This document shows positions 63,501 through 64,000 of a stretch of 64,000 bases of DNA, one piece after another. The notes below the pieces were generated by a model. The model saw only the letters and a list, made by a program, of their open reading frames with translations, searched no databases and was not told the origin of the DNA. The DNA is from Lingula anatina (lineage: Eukaryota; Animalia; Brachiopoda), in contig CM120642.1 in NCBI GenBank assembly GCA_051362555.1, forward strand, positions 62,001 to 126,000, read 5' to 3'. The first letter of the stretch is position 1, and each line of letters opens with the position of its first letter. Position numbers and translations under genes: made by a program.

Positions 63501-63768
63501 ACCTGGTGGTGGTTTTCTTTCCTCTGTCACATCTTCACCTGGTTTCTTTGTACCACCTGTGCTGCCATCTTCAGAAGTTTTCTGACCATTGTCTACAGGA
63601 ACATCTTGCCCAGAGGCTCCATCTAGTTTTGGTTCCTTAATCCTCTGCTGTGTTGGAAGGGTTTCTTCTGTCTTTGGCTGGTGCTGAGCAGGAAGTGTCT
63701 CTCCATTAAGCTCATCTTTCTCTGTCACAGAGGCAGCCTCCTGTACAGCCTGCCCTGTGGCTTGTGAT
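48579..63768 (-). CDS. SUCO: SUN domain-containing ossification factor (SUCO/Opt), 15 exons in window, 5' end outside the window
   Basis: Minus-strand exons 63768-63272, 61599-61416, 61147-61040, 59916-59811, 59481-59426, 57622-57507, 53814-53752, 53492-53414, 53155-52049, 51829-51718, 51538-51434, 50975-50850, 49705-49606, 49376-49312, 49067-48579, all phase-compatible. Mid-SUN domain [18 protein letters not shown]...[29 protein letters not shown]...[21 protein letters not shown]...[28 protein letters not shown]. Coiled coil [31 protein letters not shown], and a transmembrane helix in exon 50975-50850. Confidence 0.92.
49973..50870 (-). repeat. 50-bp x ~18 minisatellite spanning a SUCO donor (transmembrane exon)
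   Basis: Minus-strand unit CTGGAGAAGTTACTTAATGAG|GTAGGTGACCAGTCACATAATGTGATATA. Confidence 0.93.
51139..51283. repeat. 36-bp x 4 intronic minisatellite
   Basis: TACCCCAGCATAACACAACAGTAGGAATGTATCACA repeated. Confidence 0.88.
53986..57423. mobile_element. TIR-bounded non-autonomous DNA element hosting the family B HINE
   Basis: Imperfect termini CAGGGGCGTAAC / GTTATGCCCATG, an internal repeated AAATTGTACGCACAG near both ends, and the direct repeat CCAACA at 53980-53985 and 57424-57429. Confidence 0.55.
54246..56722 (+). mobile_element. Helentron/HINE-like element (family B) in a SUCO intron
   Basis: 5' AACTAGAGG... with subterminal TGTACCACCAGC, ~9 copies of a ~146-bp core (54440-55730), a (GGCGGAGCC)n microsatellite at ~56630-56665, and a 3' hairpin ACCGCCAGCGTTAACGCTGGTGGTACA. 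Confidence 0.75.
57776..57977. repeat. 51-bp x 4 intronic minisatellite
   Basis: GGTCACCATACACATATTAAAACCTGGCACATGGGTATGCCTGTATTTTGG repeated. Confidence 0.88.
58768..59463 (-). repeat. 102-bp x ~7 minisatellite spanning a SUCO SUN-domain donor
   Basis: Minus-strand unit TATGGTAAAGAACACTATTGCCCAGTCAGCATTCTCAG|GTAGTGTTAAC..., with donors every 102 bp from 59425 to 58813. Confidence 0.93.
59896..60918 (-). repeat. 58/53-bp x ~18 minisatellite spanning a SUCO acceptor
   Basis: Minus-strand unit ...ATCTGTGATCTGGTTACAG|GTATCCCACTAAAGACTGGCA. Confidence 0.93.
61372..61443 (-). repeat. 37-bp duplication spanning a SUCO donor
   Basis: Minus-strand TGATTAACCCTTG(T/C)AACATCAAGAAATG|GTGAGTA occurs twice. 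Confidence 0.85.
61574..63015 (-). repeat. 63-bp x ~23 minisatellite spanning a SUCO acceptor, open in the SUCO frame
   Basis: Minus-strand unit TTTAATACAAAGTTATTTACTTGTAAAATCACTGTAG|ACCAGCAGGTGCTCCCCCACACCAAC. ORF 61412..62977 reads through the array into the SUN exon. Confidence 0.95.
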
Positions 63769-64000
63769 CTGATCAATAAGAACACAACAAGTGATGCCTG
63801 CACCTAAACAGCTATAGGATTCTTCTTGGTTCCAAAGATTTCTAATTTCTAATGTTTTAATGATAGTAATCACTTACTTTGGAACATAATTATTAGTGAA
63901 ACACATTTTCACTAATTGGCCAATTACTATTCTGAGAGAGAATTCAGAGGTCTACAAACACCCAACAACATGGGGGCATTTAGCCTGATGATGCTCTTGT

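Overview
This is AT-rich, intron-rich animal genomic DNA, probably from a lophotrochozoan such as a mollusc (inferred from its gene and repeat types). I assembled four spliced genes by hand with GT-AG introns and consistent phases: a CCN-family matricellular gene (+, 21019-25595), PPP1R11/inhibitor-3 (+, 29338-31918), NFKBIL1 (+, 35094-46053) and SUCO (-, 48579-63768, 5' end outside the window). The remainder is minisatellite, MITEs, a mariner remnant, an RTE-like LINE remnant and several Helentron/HINE-like non-autonomous elements. The most striking pattern is that at least seven minisatellite arrays (37-102 bp units, 2 to ~42 copies) are built from an exon-intron junction itself. Each unit holds 21-38 nt of exon plus the adjacent intron end, and every array extends only into the intron, creating stacks of decoy splice sites. 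One of these arrays (63 bp, SUCO) is open and in frame. A second highlight is a 7.1 kb satellite that is the amplified 3'-terminal hairpin module of a HINE-like element whose intact relatives lie in NFKBIL1 intron 3.
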